Below, piece by piece: positions 1 through 14,043 of a DNA stretch of 64,000 nucleotides. Source of the DNA: Neoconidiobolus thromboides FSU 785 (taxonomy: Eukaryota; Fungi; Entomophthoromycota); the NCBI GenBank assembly GCA_025603075.1, contig MU626288.1, positions 86,021 through 150,020 on the forward strand. The letters run 5' to 3'. A model generated the notes under the pieces. That model was given only the letters and a program-made list of their open reading frames with translations, was not told the DNA's origin and did not search any database. A program made the position numbers and the translations under genes. Positions within the stretch are counted from its first letter, which is position 1. The number at the start of each line of letters is the position of its first letter.

Positions 1-3000
1 ATTTAAATTCAAAAGCGTCCAATTTGATTAATAGTCCTTTTTTTAAAAATTTAAAACAATCAAAAGAAATTGTTAGACCTCCCACAATCATTACTACAAC
101 AATAAAGGAAACAAAAGAACCTTATCAGTCATCCACTAATGGTAAAATTATGTTAATTGAAAGTCCAAATAGAATTAGTCCAGTTAATTCAGAGTCTAAC
201 TTATCACCTACCAAATTTCGACCCTTACCAACGGTTCCTTATAAAAGTCCACCAAGTCCATTGGGAATGAAAGCAGTATTGGCAAGGACATCAACAGAAT
301 CCTTAAATAGTAATTCTAGCCTATCTCAAACTAAACCATTACCAAAGGTACCAAATAAACAGACAATAAAAAAATTGGGGCCGGGGCAGACCCTACGTTC
401 TAGAGCTAATTCGGATATTACTAATAATTCAAGAAATGGACAAAACAAAAATTTATATTTTGAAAGTCTATTATCAGGTATCACTAAAAGTCAAGAAGGA
501 AAAGAAAAGAAAATAATTAATGTTCAATTTGTTTCTGAGGTGTTAGAAAGATTTATCTGTAATATCCCAAGAGCTTTACATACCAAAAATTCGTTAGAAT
601 ATCCAAGTTCTTTTACTGGAAAAGATATAGTGGTAAATTTTATTCTGAATTTGGTTTTATAATGACTTGATTTAAAATTGTTACTTTTTATAGGATACCT
701 TAAGTCAAATTCTACAAACAGAGGATCGAAAGTTATGTTTATCTTGTGGTCAATGTTTTGAATTTCACAAATTGTTTCATGATGTTACTTTTGAAAGTTC
801 ATTAAAAGACAGTATATCTGAAATATATACATTTAGAGATTATTTATCTTCGGAGCCCTTTGATTCTAGTTTAATTAAAGATTTTGAAACCATTTATTCA
901 ACTATATCTGGAGTATTTACCAATTTGACACCTTGTTATTCACCGACTTGCTCAAAAAGTAAGCTTTGTTATTCGCCTATGTGTCCAAGGAAAGTTAAAA
1001 ATGTAAGTGGAAGTTAATGATCTATTATATCTTTGTTTGTTAAACAAGTTTTTATTAGGGTTTAATTAATTTTCGATTTGGTACCCCAGTTAATCCATTG
1101 GGGCCTTCTACTTTACCGGAACCTATGGTAAGTTTTTTTTAGCGATGAATAAGTGCTCTCAAATTTAACTAAAAATTAAATAGAGAGTTTGGGCAAGAAC
1201 AGTACCTAAAAGCGTATTGGATACAACTTCAGTAAAAGAAAAGAAACGACAAGAAGCGATTTATGAATTTATTTATACAGAAAAAGACTTTGTAGAAGAC
1301 ATTGAGATATTACAAGAGGTAAATATTTAAAATCGGAACTAAATATTTATGAAATAATGAAATTAATTGAACAATTTTTATTAGTTTTTCATTAAACCTT
1401 TGCTATATGAAAACATTATTTCAACTGAAAAAAGAGATGAGTTTATTGAACAAGTATTTTTTAATATTAGCGAAATTCATTCAATCAATCATCATTTAAT
1501 GAAAGATTTAATAAAAAGACAAGAAGAACAATATGTTGTAGATCAAATTGGAGATATTTTTTTAGATCACGTGAAAAATTTTGAACCCTTTGTGGCTTAT
1601 GGGGCTCACCAATTGTTTGCTAAACAGGCTCTAGAATTAGAAATTACTCAGAATCAGAATTTAGCGAGGTTTTTGGAGGTAAAATTAATAAAAGAATCCG
1701 AATATATGCGAATCTAAATTAATGATATAATTTAGGAAAAAGAACAATTACCTCAATTAAGAAAATTACCAATACAAAGTTTCATGGGAAGACCAACTAC
1801 ACGATTAGCTAAATATTCATTATTGTTAGAAGCTATTATTAAACATACAGAATCTGATAATCCAGATATTGAAAATATGCAAAAAGTGATCAAAATAATT
1901 AAAGGATTTTTAAATCGAATTAATATTGAAACGGGTAAAGCAGATAATAAATTAAAGTTAACTAGGTTGTCAAAATTATTATTGGGCAATGGTAATGAAT
2001 TGAAGGTAAAAATGAGATTTATATAATATAATATAATATAAAAATATTAATTAATTTTAATTTTTATTGAAGATGCTAAATTTAATGCATGATAATCGAA
2101 TACTAATAAGAGATGGTACATTAAAAAAAAAAACAGGTGTGGATCAAGTGGATATTTCATTATTTTTATTTGATCATTTATTATTATTAACAAAAAGAAA
2201 AAGTTCAAAAGAACATAACGATTATATTTATAAAATACATAAAAAAGTAAGTTTAAATAGCATATAATAAACAATAGATTAATTTATTTTTATATTAGCC
2301 CATTCCATTAGAATTAATTAAAGTTATTATACCTGAAGAATCATCTTTAGTTGATGCAACATCCAAGAGATCCTCTAATGGATTTGTTTCTAGAAGAGCC
2401 AATTCCTTTTTATATATGGGAACTAATAATCTACAAGATTCAATAGTTAAATCAGGATATCCATTAAATATTACTCATTTAGGTAGAGATGGACAAACAA
2501 TCACATTATATGCTAATACATTAGCTGAACGTAAACAATGGAAAGATAAAATAGAAAAACAAAGAGGAATAGTAACATCTTTAACAAATGTTTATGAAGT
2601 ATTTACAATATCAACAGTTCATTTTAAATTTAACAATCCTATATTATCAACAGCTTTATTTAATGATAATGAAAGAATATTAATTGGCACAGAAGAAGGA
2701 GTTTATTTAGGTAGTTGTAGTGGTATGAGTAATTTTCAAAAAATTATTGATTTAGAAAAAGTTTATCAAATTGAAATATTAGAAGAATATAATATGTTAA
2801 TTTTATTATCAGATAAATCACTATATACATTCGCTATGGATACTTTAAATAACGACTCAACATCAGTTAAAATTGGAAGAAAAATAAGCTCTCATGTTAC
2901 TTTTTTTAAAGTAGGTGTATGTTTAGGTAGAGTACTAGTTTGTGTAGTCAAGGCAACACCTTTAAGTTCGGTAGTTAAAGCATTGGAACCTGTATTATTG

Positions 3001-3591
3001 ACTACTAATAAAAAAGCAGCCTTTGGTAAATTTTTAATGAGAGCTGGTAAAGATGGTATGAGATTATTTAAAAAATTTTATATACCATCCGGATATACCT
3101 CATTACATTTTTTGAAAACAAAAATATGTGTTGGTTGTGCAAAAGGATTTGAAATTGTTGATTTGGAAACATTAAATACACAAGGTTTATTAGATGAAAC
3201 GGATGCTTCCTTAAATTTTGTACTAAAAAGAGAAGTAGTTAAACCTATTGCTATTTATAAAGTATCAACTAAAGATTTTTTATTATGTTATGATGAATTT
3301 GCTTTTTATGTGGATAAAGATGGTCGTCGTACTAGATTAGAATTTATTATATTGTGGGAAGGAGAGCCAACTTCTTTTGCATTTGAATATCCTTATATAT
3401 TAGGTTTTAATCCAGATTTTATTGAAATTTGGGATGTAGATAAATGCAAATTTTGTCAAGTTATACCAACATGTAATTCAAGGTCTTTATCTACATTACC
3501 AGGGGCTATTCATTGTGTTAATAATCCAATTGGTGAGTTTCAACAATTGTTTGCATTAAGGCTGAAAAATAAAAGTAATGTGGAAGCGTAA
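1..3591 (+). CDS. ROM2: Rho1 guanine-nucleotide exchange factor, ROM1/ROM2 (Rgf1)-type; multi-exon, 5' end lies upstream of the window
   Basis: Spliced exons give a DEP region (FHDVTFESSLKDS..PCYSPTC..LCYSPMCPR), a DH domain (KEKKRQEAIYEFIYTEKDF; LPIQSFMGRPTTRLAKYSLLLEAI), a PH segment and a CNH domain (KKFYIPSG..GFEIVDLETL..LLCYDEFAFYVD..WEGEP). ORF 24 starts at TTG, not a real ATG. Confidence 0.9.
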
Positions 3592-3984
3592 ATAATTGGG
3601 GATAGAAATCAAGAAAATTCAAATCAAATTAAAGATATGAAGTTTTATGGAATGGGAAAATTGAAGAGATGTGAGTTTAAGATGAAAGCTAAAAAGAGGA
3701 TAGTAATAAAAAATTAGTTGATTGATTAATTGTATCTAAAATTGATTTTAAAAGAATTTATTTTTAATAAAAATACTAACTCATATAATTAAACTTATTT
3801 TGAATAATTTTTATTTATAGCTACTACAATTATATTGTGAGCTGATAAACTATTCATTTAGGAACTAATTTTTATAAAAATTGCACTTCAATCTAAGCAT
3901 AAATATTAAAAATCAAACAGTTAACTGACTATAAAGGTTATTGCAAATTAGATCACAATACAGCTGCAGCCATTGTATTTTTAC

Positions 3985-4083
3985 CATGACGTATTTTTTG
4001 GTTAGAAATTTTACTAACAATTTTTCACTTAAATAGTGCTTAAAAGATTGAAAAATGATGAAACCAAAAAAACATCCACATAT
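3985..4083 (-). mobile_element. ~100-bp MITE-like element, degenerate copy
   Basis: Reverse-orientation match: ttttactaacaatttttcacttaaatagtgcttaaaagattgaaaaatgatgaaaccaaaaaaacatccacata. Confidence 0.75.
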
Positions 4084-4238
4084 CATTTTATTATTGAGAT
4101 GAGAAATTAATATTCAGTTCAATAATTTAAATTTTAGCATATGATCTAATCATTAATGAGGGTAGAAAGTAATGACTATAAAAAGCAAAGTAATTCAATT
4201 TTTAAAAATGTGTCAAACTTGAAATTTTAAAAAAAATC

Positions 4239-5247
4239 ATGATTTTAAATAACAATAAAAAGGAGTTAAATAATGAAGAAAATGTTACCTGTAATCAAGA
4301 TAATAAGCCAATAATAGTGAATAAGAAAGAAAGTGATGTTAAAGAAAGTTGGAATGAAGAGAGAAGTAATGATATTATATGGATAAATGGTAAACAAGAG
4401 AGCAATGATAATGAATCACCCATTAACGTCAAACAGGAAAAAAATAAAAGTCAAACTATGGTTAATATAAAAGATGAAGATGAAGATTCAGAAAATCAGT
4501 CTTTTACCTCTTCCATTTTAGGTTTAAAACAAGCTATTATTCAACAACTTGATCAAGGTATTAAATTAATATCTTCTATCTCAGATCCTATTCTATTTAT
4601 AAAGAAATCAAATTTAGTACCTAAAAGTACTATTGGTAAACATTTTCGTCATGTATTAGATCATTTCTATTGCTTGTTTAAAGGAATAGAAGAAAAAGAA
4701 GTAATTGTAGATTATGATTTAAGAGTTAGAGAGGTAAGTTGCATTGATTACAAACTATCGTTTATTTGTTTTATTATAATAATATGTAGTATAAAAAGAA
4801 GCCAAGATTTAATATTTTATTTTAAATAGAAAAGTTTAGAATTAGAACCTAATAAAATGATAGAAGCTATGAAAGAATTGATTATTAAAATCGAACATAT
4901 GAATTTGGAATTGGAATTAGATATCAAAATTAAAAGTATAATTGAACCTTGTAAATCTAAATTTATAATCTCAAAATCAAGTTTAGTTAGAGAATTATGG
5001 TTTTGTACTCATCATGCTAGTAGGTTTAAATTATTCATTTCATTATTATTAAGAATTAATAAATTTACTATTAGTTCATCATCACGCTTTGATTAAAGTT
5101 TTATGTTTCGAATTCAATATAAAAACAGATATTAATTTTGGTGTAGCTCCTTCTACTTTATATAAACGTCAATTATCAAAGGACGATGTAAATGCCAATA
5201 CAAATTCTGAACTAAAGTATAAAAAAATAAGAGAAAATAAGCAATGA
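4239..5247 (+). CDS. DinB/YfiT-like putative metalloprotein with a low-complexity N-terminus; 3 exons
   Basis: Motifs GKHFRHVLDHF..VDYDLRVRE and, after splicing, RELWFCTHHAIHHHALI..FGVAPST. GT-AG introns at about 4733-4828 and 5020-5074. Confidence 0.75.
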
Positions 5248-5361
5248 GTTACAAATTATAAGTTATAAACTTTATTTTTATTTTTTTTGTTAAATGTAAC
5301 TGTAATACATTTTTTTATTATCATTTATATCTTTGTTTTTTCTTCATTTTATTTTCTTTAA

Positions 5362-6906
5362 TTATAAATTATTTTTAACATATAGTTCCTTTACTTTCTT
5401 TAATCTTTTAGCTAGTTTTTTAATAATTGTATGACCACCAGCTATTTTATATTGTTGACAAAATTCAAAAGCTACTTCCATTAAATTATCCATTTCAAAG
5501 ATATCCACTTTTTGTTGGCTTCCATTAGGTAATTCAATTTCACAAGTAAACAAATAAGGACTATAATTAAAATCATTATTAATATCAATTCTTTTATGAT
5601 GTGGTAATTTATGAAGGTCCATTTCATTAAATTTTTTATTTAATTGATCGATAGGAGAATCTTCATTTGATAAAAAATTAGATCCTAATAAATATAAGTC
5701 AATATCAATATTATTAAATAAAACAATATTTACTTTGATAATCCAAACAACCTTCTTGTTGTTCTATATTATCATACTTTGTTTTAATATGCTATAATAT
5801 AATTAATACCTTATTTATTTATAATTTTATAATTTACTTCATCTTCAACATTATTTCTTAATCTATTATCAGTAATATTATCACTAACATTGTATCTTAA
5901 ATTATCATTGTAACATGTATTATTGTTATCCTCATCCTCATCATTATAATATTGATTTCTATTATCATAATAATGACTTCTTAATTTATCCTTGTAATAA
6001 TAATTGTTATTATAATATTGATTCCTACTATTATTATAAATACTTCCTATATCAGTATGATAGTAATTATCATTATTATTATATCTACCCCTGTTATTTA
6101 TGCTATAATCATCATCATTAAATTGATTATTATTACTATAACTATGATAGCTATTATTTTGATCATCATATCGGTTATTAATGTTACTATATTTATCATC
6201 CATATAATTGGGCCTTATATCTTTGTTCAAATTAACAGTTTGATCCCAATGATCTGGTATGTCTTGTTGTTTATTATAAACTATGTTTTTGGGCTTCATT
6301 TTATCCACTAATAGCAATAATAATTAATATATGATCTTTTTATAGTTATAATTATTTCATACACTCATCATCCAAATAGTTGTCCTTAATATTACTATTA
6401 CTTTGCTTAATAAATTTAATTACGATTACTATATAAATAAACAAATTTTATAGACTCGATAACTTACTTTTTTATCATAAATATATTCTGCTTTTGATTC
6501 TTTTTTATTTGGTCTAAAATTGTTTCCTTTTCGATGTAATTGACCTGCGTTAGTACCATTTGAATTCACTATACTACCCCATTGATTTGATGTTCTACTA
6601 TTAGTATTGATGCTACTTTCATTACTTTGCTTTGATTCTACTTTACTAATATTAACCTGATTCTAAAAAACAAAAAACAAATTTAATTTGGGATAAAATT
6701 CAATTTAGAGAATCTATCAATCTTACTCTGTCATTCCAACCTCCATGCCTATTTTCACTCCTTTCCATTCTGTTTATATTTTTATTGTTTGATTTACTTA
6801 CATTCTCACTAGGTTTAAAATTTCTACCTGTACGATGTAAGTTACCTGCTTTTGGATCAATAATTTCTGGTCGTAAGGAGTTCCATGCATTTACAGTGTC
6901 ATCCAT
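5362..6906 (-). CDS. hypothetical Asn/Tyr/Asp-rich low-complexity protein, multi-exon
   Basis: ORFs 6700-6945, 5811-6317 and 5362-5622 plus an exon near 6470-6660 are co-oriented and separated by GT-AG introns. First ATG is at 6906. The last exon looks globular. Confidence 0.6.
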
Positions 6907-7598
6907 TATTGTATGATTAGGTTGAAGATTAGTTTTCGAATTCAAGAAAAGTTAAGAATTGATATTTTTTAAAAATTGAGTTGAATAAAAAGTGCACTTT
7001 TTTAATTTATAAAATATACAGGGTGATGACCTAATCATTTCTTATACATTAAAAAGTGAATATGTGATAGGGTTTAATAAATGATAATAGATAGTTATTT
7101 AATGCTTTATTTAAAAATATAAGTAAAATGAATTGATTAATATAATACGTTATTTATATATAATATTTATTAGCATATCAGATTCTGCAAATTATTACTA
7201 AAACTATATGATAAATTGTAAGTTTTACAAATTAATGTACTTAATTTAACATCTAGATAATAAAAATTAATAAATTAAATCAGATAGTTGTGACTATTTT
7301 GTTTTGGGATTAATAAATAAATAAATAGTAGTACTATTGTAGTCGATTCTTTTATAACTCTTTTATAAAACACATTATACATATAATAATATTCCATAAT
7401 CGAAAAATCACTACTCTCAAGTACTCTGTCGTCACTAATAAATTTTAGCAAAAAAGCAAAATTGAACGAATATCAATTCGAATGCATAGAAAAAAACACC
7501 AAATCAGTCCATTTTAAATTCCAAATTTAACAAATAAAATTAAATATTCAATAATACAAAGGGATAAAATAGGTTCGAGAAAGTAATAAATTCAATGG

Positions 7599-10500
7599 AT
7601 GAAGATTTCTAACTTGTTATTTAATCGATCATTAAAAGTATTAAAGTAAAATAAACTGATATCATTATTTACAACTAATACTAATATCCCCCTCCCTCTT
7701 TTTATTTAGTATGGCAAAATTATTGGATGGAAAAGTAGCATCGAAGTAAGTTTCTTTTTATTCCCTCATTTTCTATTATTTAATGTCAACTCAACTTTCA
7801 TTTCTTCCTTTATAGGAATATTCGTGATGCATTAAAAATTGAAGTAGAAGATTGGAAGAATAAGTATCCAACATTTAAACCTCACTTAGCCATTGTACAA
7901 GTGGGTGGTCGAGAGGACAGTTCCTTATATGTTAAAATGAAAGAAAAGGCAGCTTTAGAAGTAAGCATAAATTTTCTATTTGAAAAAAAACTATTTCTAA
8001 TAAGTTAATGGTAGATTGGTATTGGTTTTTCTCATCTTAGTTTACCTGAAAATGTATCTCAATTTGAAGTAAGCTTTGAGGAATTAAATTTTATTTTGAA
8101 TTTTAAAATGATTTAAATTATTTTTTCTGTTAGCTTATGACTCACATTAAACGCTTAAATGAAGATAATAATGTTCATGGATTTTTGGTTCAACTACCAT
8201 TGCCTGATGGTTTAGATGAAAAACAAGTCACGGATGCTATCCTTCCTTCAAAAGATGTGGATGGGTAAGAATAAGTTTGTTACTAGAGCTGTGAAAAGAT
8301 TACTTATTTACTTACTTTTAGTTTTCATCCAACCAACATTGGCGATCTTTCTAAACGTAAAGCGGAGCCCATGTTTAAAGCTTGTACCCCATTGGGCTGT
8401 ATTGAATTATTAAAACAATCAGGTGTTACTTTAGCTGGTAAACAAGCAGTTGTTGTTGGTCGTAGTGATATAGTAGTAAGTATTGTTATTAAATCTACAA
8501 TAATTTGTTACTAATAGTTTATTTTAGGGCACCCCGGTCTTTCATTTATTGAACAATGAGAATTGTACTGTTACTTTATGTCATTCTCAAACTCAAAATC
8601 TACCTGAAATTGTAAATCATTATTTCAATTAGAATTTAGCTAAAATTAATGCTTAATCAACTAGGTAAAAACAGCAGATATTCTAGTTGTGGCTATTGGT
8701 CAAGCCAATTACATTAAAGGAGAATGGGTTAAACCAGGAGCTGTTGTTATTGATGTGGGTATGAATTCCATTCCAGGTAAATATCAATACACATCATCAC
8801 CAAAAAAAAGTACAAAACTAACAGCCGCTTAGATGCCACTAAAAAGTCTGGCATGAGATGGACTGGAGACGTTGAATTTGAAGAAGCCAGTAAAGTAGCC
8901 TATGCCATTACTCCAGTACCTGGAGGTGTTGGGCCAATGACTGTTGCCTTTTTGTTAAAAAACACAGTCATTTCTGCTCAAAGATATTATCAATGGTCTA
9001 CTGAACGTAAAGTTGTTCCTTTGAAATTAGACTTATTAGAACCTGTACCAAGGTGATTGAAATTTATATTTTATATTGAGGATGAAAGTACTAATAATAT
9101 TTTTTAGCGATATCGATATTGCCTTAGCACAAACTCCTAAACCAATTAGTACTTTAGCTAAAGAATTAAATGTTTTAGAATCTGAAGTAAATAATAATAC
9201 AATAATGATAGCACATTATATTTATAAATTAAATAGTTGGAGCCCTATGGAGATTATAAAGCCAAAGTACGTTTAAATATTTTAGAACGTTTAGAGCATC
9301 GTAAAAATGGTAATTATGTCGTAGTTACTGGGTAATCATTATCATTGATAATAATACCTTAATATTAAACATCCATTTATTTTAGTATTAACCCTACACC
9401 CCTTGGCGAAGGTAAATCCACTACTACTATGGGATTATGTCAAGCTCTTAGTAGTCAACTTGGAAAAGTAGCCATTGCATGTGTACGTCAACCATCTCAA
9501 GGGCCTACCTTTGGTATCAAAGGTGGTGCTGCAGGTGGCGGTTATTCTCAAGTTATTCCAATGGATGAATTTAATCTTCATCTTACTGGAGATATCCATG
9601 CAATTACTGCAGCTAATAATTTATTAGCTGCTGCTATTGATGCTCGTATGTTTCATGAAGCTACTCAATCAGACAAAGCTTTATTTAGTAGATTATGTCC
9701 AGCTAAGAAAGGAGAACGTAAATTTGCAGATGTTATGTTGAAAAGATTAAGAGTAAATTTAATTACCATTTGACTTAATAACAACTATATTAATAATTAA
9801 ATAATAGAAATTAAACATTGATAAAACCAATCCAGATGATTTAACAGAAGAAGAAATTAGCAAATTTGCTAGATTAGATATTGACCCAGAAACGATTACT
9901 TGGCAAAGAGTAGTTGATATTAATGATCGTTTCTTACGTCGTATTAATGTAGGATTAAATCCAACTGAAAAAGGGATGACTAGAGAAACTGGTTATGATA
10001 TTGCTGTTGCTTCCGAATGTATGGCTGTATTAGCATTAAGTACCTCTTTAAAAGATATGCGTGAAAGGTAAATTTAAAAAAATTACTGTATTATTTAATA
10101 ACAAAATACTAAATAATAATAATATTTTAGATTAGGTAATATGGTAGTAGCTTCCAGTAAATCAGGCGATCCAATTACTGCTGATGATATTGGTATTGGT
10201 GGTGCTTTAACTGTATTAATGAAAGATGCTATTAAACCCAACTTGATGCAAACTTTAGAAGGAAGTGCGGTATTTGTCCATGCAGGACCATTTGCTAATA
10301 TTGCGCATGGAAATTCATCCATTTTGGCTGATCGTATAGCCTTAAAGATAGCTGGTGTAGATAACAATAGTGACCAAGAAGCCGGATTTGTAGTAACTGA
10401 AGCCGGATTTGGTGCAGATATTGGAATGGAGAAATTCTTTAATATTAAATGTAGAAATTCAGGTTTAGTACCTAATGTAGTAGTATTAGTAGCTACTATT

Positions 10501-11205
10501 AGAGCCTTAAAGATGCATGGTGGTGGACCAGAAGTTATACCAGGTAAACCATTACCAGTCGAATATACTGAGGAAAATTTAGAATTATTGGAAAAGGGAT
10601 GCAATAATTTAATTCATCACATTAAAAATTGTCATAAATTTGGGATCCCAGTAGTGGTTGCTATTAATAAATTCTCTAGTGATACAGAAAAAGAAGAGGA
10701 ATTGATTAAAGATTATGCAATGAATGCAGGTGCTTTTGCTGCCGTTACATCCAATCATTGGGCAAAAGGTGGTTTAGGGGCTGTTGATTTAGCTAATGCA
10801 GTAGTTGAAGCAAGTCAACAAGAAACTGATTTTAAATTATTATATCCATTAGAAGATTCCATTGAAACCAAAATTAACAAAATTTGTCAAGAAATTTATG
10901 GAGCTGATGGAGTAGAATTTTCCGAATTAGCTAAAAAGAAATTGGAATTATATACTCAACAAGGTTTCGATAAGCTTCCAATTTGTATGGCAAAAACTCA
11001 GTATTCTTTGAGCTCGGATTCAAAAGCTAAGGGGGTACCTAAAGGTTTTGTTATTCCTATCAGAGATATTAAAGCTTCTGTAGGTGCTGGTTTCTTATAT
11101 CCTTTAGTTGGGGAAATGCAAACAATGCCTGGTTTACCTACTAGACCTTGCTTTTTTGATGTGGATATTGATTTAGAGTCAGGCGAAGTTAAAGGATTAT
11201 TTTAA
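7599..11205 (+). CDS. ADE3: C1-tetrahydrofolate synthase (trifunctional dehydrogenase/cyclohydrolase/formyl-THF synthetase); second in-frame ATG at 7711
   Basis: MAKLLDGK.., [99 protein letters not shown] short upstream exon (7599-7645) splices in frame to 7710. Confidence 0.97.
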
Positions 11206-11418
11206 ACCTAAATAATGAGAATAAGAATAATAAATTAATATGTTATTTTTGAATAGTTTTAGGTTAATTTTCACTTTCATTTTCATACTGTTTTAATTCC
11301 CTTCAATTTTTAAAAATTCAAGCCTTAAGTAAAAAGAATATTCGAAAATTAACTAAATCAAGTTTGATAAGTTTTTTAAAGATTTAAGTTTTTTTGGATA
11401 AATAGTTAAATAGTAGCA

Positions 11419-13346
11419 ATGAAACCAAGTGAACAAATAGAGCTTGAAATAAAGGAGAATAAAATAGAGAATACAATAGTAGAAGAGAAGATAACTGTAA
11501 ATGGAATTGAAATAAAAGAAGAAATTGCTACAAAGTTAAGTGAGGATGAAACAATTACTGAAAAGGTCAGTGAGAAAATAAATGGGATTCAATTAACCAA
11601 TTCAGAAGAAAAAGAAGAGGTGGGAAATAGTATACTGATAGTCGAAGAGGAAGCTACGAAAGAAATAGAAACAAATAGCGAAGATAATTTTACAAGGTTA
11701 TCACAAGGAGAAGAAGAAGAAGAAGAAGGAGTTGTAGAAGAGTTATTAAAAGAACAAGAGCTACAATTGAACATTGATATGATTACTTTATTTGAAGTGA
11801 GTAGTTAAATAGTATAGGAATTTTTTAAAATAATTTTTTAAACAAAATAACTTAATAGAGTGTTACTCTTAGCAAAAAAAATTATGAAAAAAGAAAGTTA
11901 TTAATTGAAAAAGTACAAGGTATATTAAATAGAGAATATCCAGAAGTAGAAATTAAAGTTTCATTATTTGGGTAAGATTAATTTACCAATTTATTTATTT
12001 TCTAAAATGTTTGTTAATTTTTAATATTACAAATTAGATCAAGTGAAAATGGATTAGGTATGAAAATGAGTGATGTTGATATTTGTATATTAACTCCATG
12101 GGATGGGTTTAATGACGTTCGATTATTGGCTGAGTTACTAAAAAGGAGTAAGATGTTTAAAATAAACATATAAAATTAATATAATAAATAATCTTAATTA
12201 GATGGTTTTTCAAATATAAATTGTATATCACAAGCTAAAGTACCTATTATTAAAGCTTGGGATCCACAACTGTAAGTTAATTAGATAAAATAGATTAATA
12301 ATCGTTTTTTTTATTGACTTTATTTTTAGAAAATTAGCATGTGATATTAACGTGAATAATCCATTAGCTATTCATAATACAGAACTAATTAAATGCTATG
12401 TAAATATTGATCCAAGGGTACAACCACTAGCTATTACAATTAAGTATTGGGCAAAACAAAGAGTATTAAATGATGCAGGTAAATAAATTAGAATGATAAT
12501 AATAATAATAGTGATTTTTAATAATAATTTTTGTAATTATAGCTGCTGGTGGAACATTATCTACATATTCTTGGGTGAATTTAATATTAAATTTTTTACA
12601 AACTAGACAACCACCAATATTACCTGTATTACATCAATTACCATATAAAAAAGAAATGGAATTAGGAGTGGATGTGGGTTATTTTAAAAATATTAGTCTA
12701 TTAAAAGGGTTTGGGTTGGCTAATAAAGAAACTTTAGGTGGTTTATTATTTGCATTTTTTAAGAAGTAAGTATTCATGTTGTTTAAAAAATTATTTATTA
12801 ATCTTTTCTTCATTTTACATTAGATTTGGTTATGAATTTGATTATGATAATCAAATAATAAGTTTACGAGAGGGAAAATTAATAAATAAAATAGATAAAG
12901 GATGGGACCAAATGAAAGGAAATTTCTCATTATGTATTGAAGAAGTATTTAATGTGGAAAGAAATATAGGAAACAGTTGTGATTTGATATCAAGGTTAGG
13001 TTTAATATCTGAGTTTCAAAGGGGATGTAAAATATTATCCCAATCGAATAGTTTATATGAATTATGTCAAGGCTATTATGATGAAGTAACAGAAAATTTA
13101 AATTATTTTGATGGTAAATTTTTGAATATTTTAGAAGATGACTGGGTTACCATCAATGAACATATTTATAGACAAAGCACTATTAATGGGAATAATAATA
13201 ATAATAATAGTAATAATAATAGTAATGGGAACAATATTGTTAAAGTTACTAAAAAAGATGGGCAAGTTCAGTTGTTCAGTTTAAATAATAGTAGTAATAA
13301 TACAGGAAAAGATAAAAGTAAAAGTGGTATTAGAAATAGGAAATAA
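11419..13346 (+). CDS. Cid1-family non-canonical poly(A)/poly(U) polymerase with an acidic N-terminus; multi-exon
   Basis: Spliced LFGSSENGLGMKMSDVDICI (GS-DxD), AKVPIIK, CDINVNNPLAIHNTELI, IKYWAKQRVLNDAAAGGTLSTYSW and a PAP-associated IEEVFNVERN motif. Confidence 0.9.
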
Positions 13347-13715
13347 ATATGATAAATAAAAAGGATATTTATTTTTTTGTAAAAAAATAAATGAAATAAT
13401 ACTTAGTAATAGAAAATTGTATTGTGGATTTATTGATCAACTCTCATCTCCTAACTTCTTCTCTCTTTTTTCCCCTATCAATAACTCTATCCTTCTCTTT
13501 TTTTCTTTTTTCAAATGATTTTGTCTTCTTTTTAAGTGTGGTAAATTAAAGTTATATTTTAACTATTATTAATATATAATAAAAAAAATAAGGCTAACTA
13601 ATTATATAATAAAAAATAGAATAGAATAAAAAAAATGAAATGTACAAAAAAAATAGTGCTGTTTATTGTTATTATTAATTATTTACTCATACGCTTTCCT
13701 TATTATGTATAATAT

Positions 13716-13813
13716 ATTTGGGTGTTTTTTATAGTTTTATCACTTTTTCCATTTTTTTAAAGCGCTATTTGAATGGAAAACTTGCAATAAAATTCTTAAA
13801 AAATACATCCATA
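13716..13813 (+). mobile_element. ~100-bp MITE-like element
   Basis: cactttttccattttttta-agcgctatttgaatggaaaa..aattcttaaaaaatacatccata; ends about 6 bp from the stop codon of the neighbouring secreted-protein gene. Confidence 0.75.
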
Positions 13814-13818
13814 TATAC

Positions 13819-14043
13819 TTAAACTTTAGTAGGAGCAGCAGATAACTTGTTTTTAATTTGATTACTGTTAGCCATGTTTTTAAAGTGAGAATTATCTAAA
13901 GCAAAGAAAGCTTGAGGAATAGGCTGTTGAAATTCACTATTAGTGGATTCTAAATTATTATTATTTTTATCAATAATAGGTTGTTTTAAGGACATGGATA
14001 GTATTAAGGGTAAAGAAGATAAGAAAATTAAATTAAATTGCAT
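13819..14043 (-). CDS. small secreted protein, family member 1 (74 aa, no Cys)
   Basis: ATG start, hydrophobic signal-like MQFNLIFLSSLPLILSMSL, and clear similarity to 16875-17108 and 19489-19812. Confidence 0.7.
   Translation of the reverse strand: MQFNLIFLSSLPLILSMSLKQPIIDKNNNNLESTNSEFQQPIPQAFFALDNSHFKNMANSNQIKNKLSAAPTKV

Noticed and set aside
5915-6311. Plus-strand ORFs 5915-6121 and 6018-6311
   Set aside because: Antisense shadows of the low-complexity minus-strand exon
10095-10604. Minus-strand 169-aa ORF
   Set aside because: Antisense to C1-THF synthase
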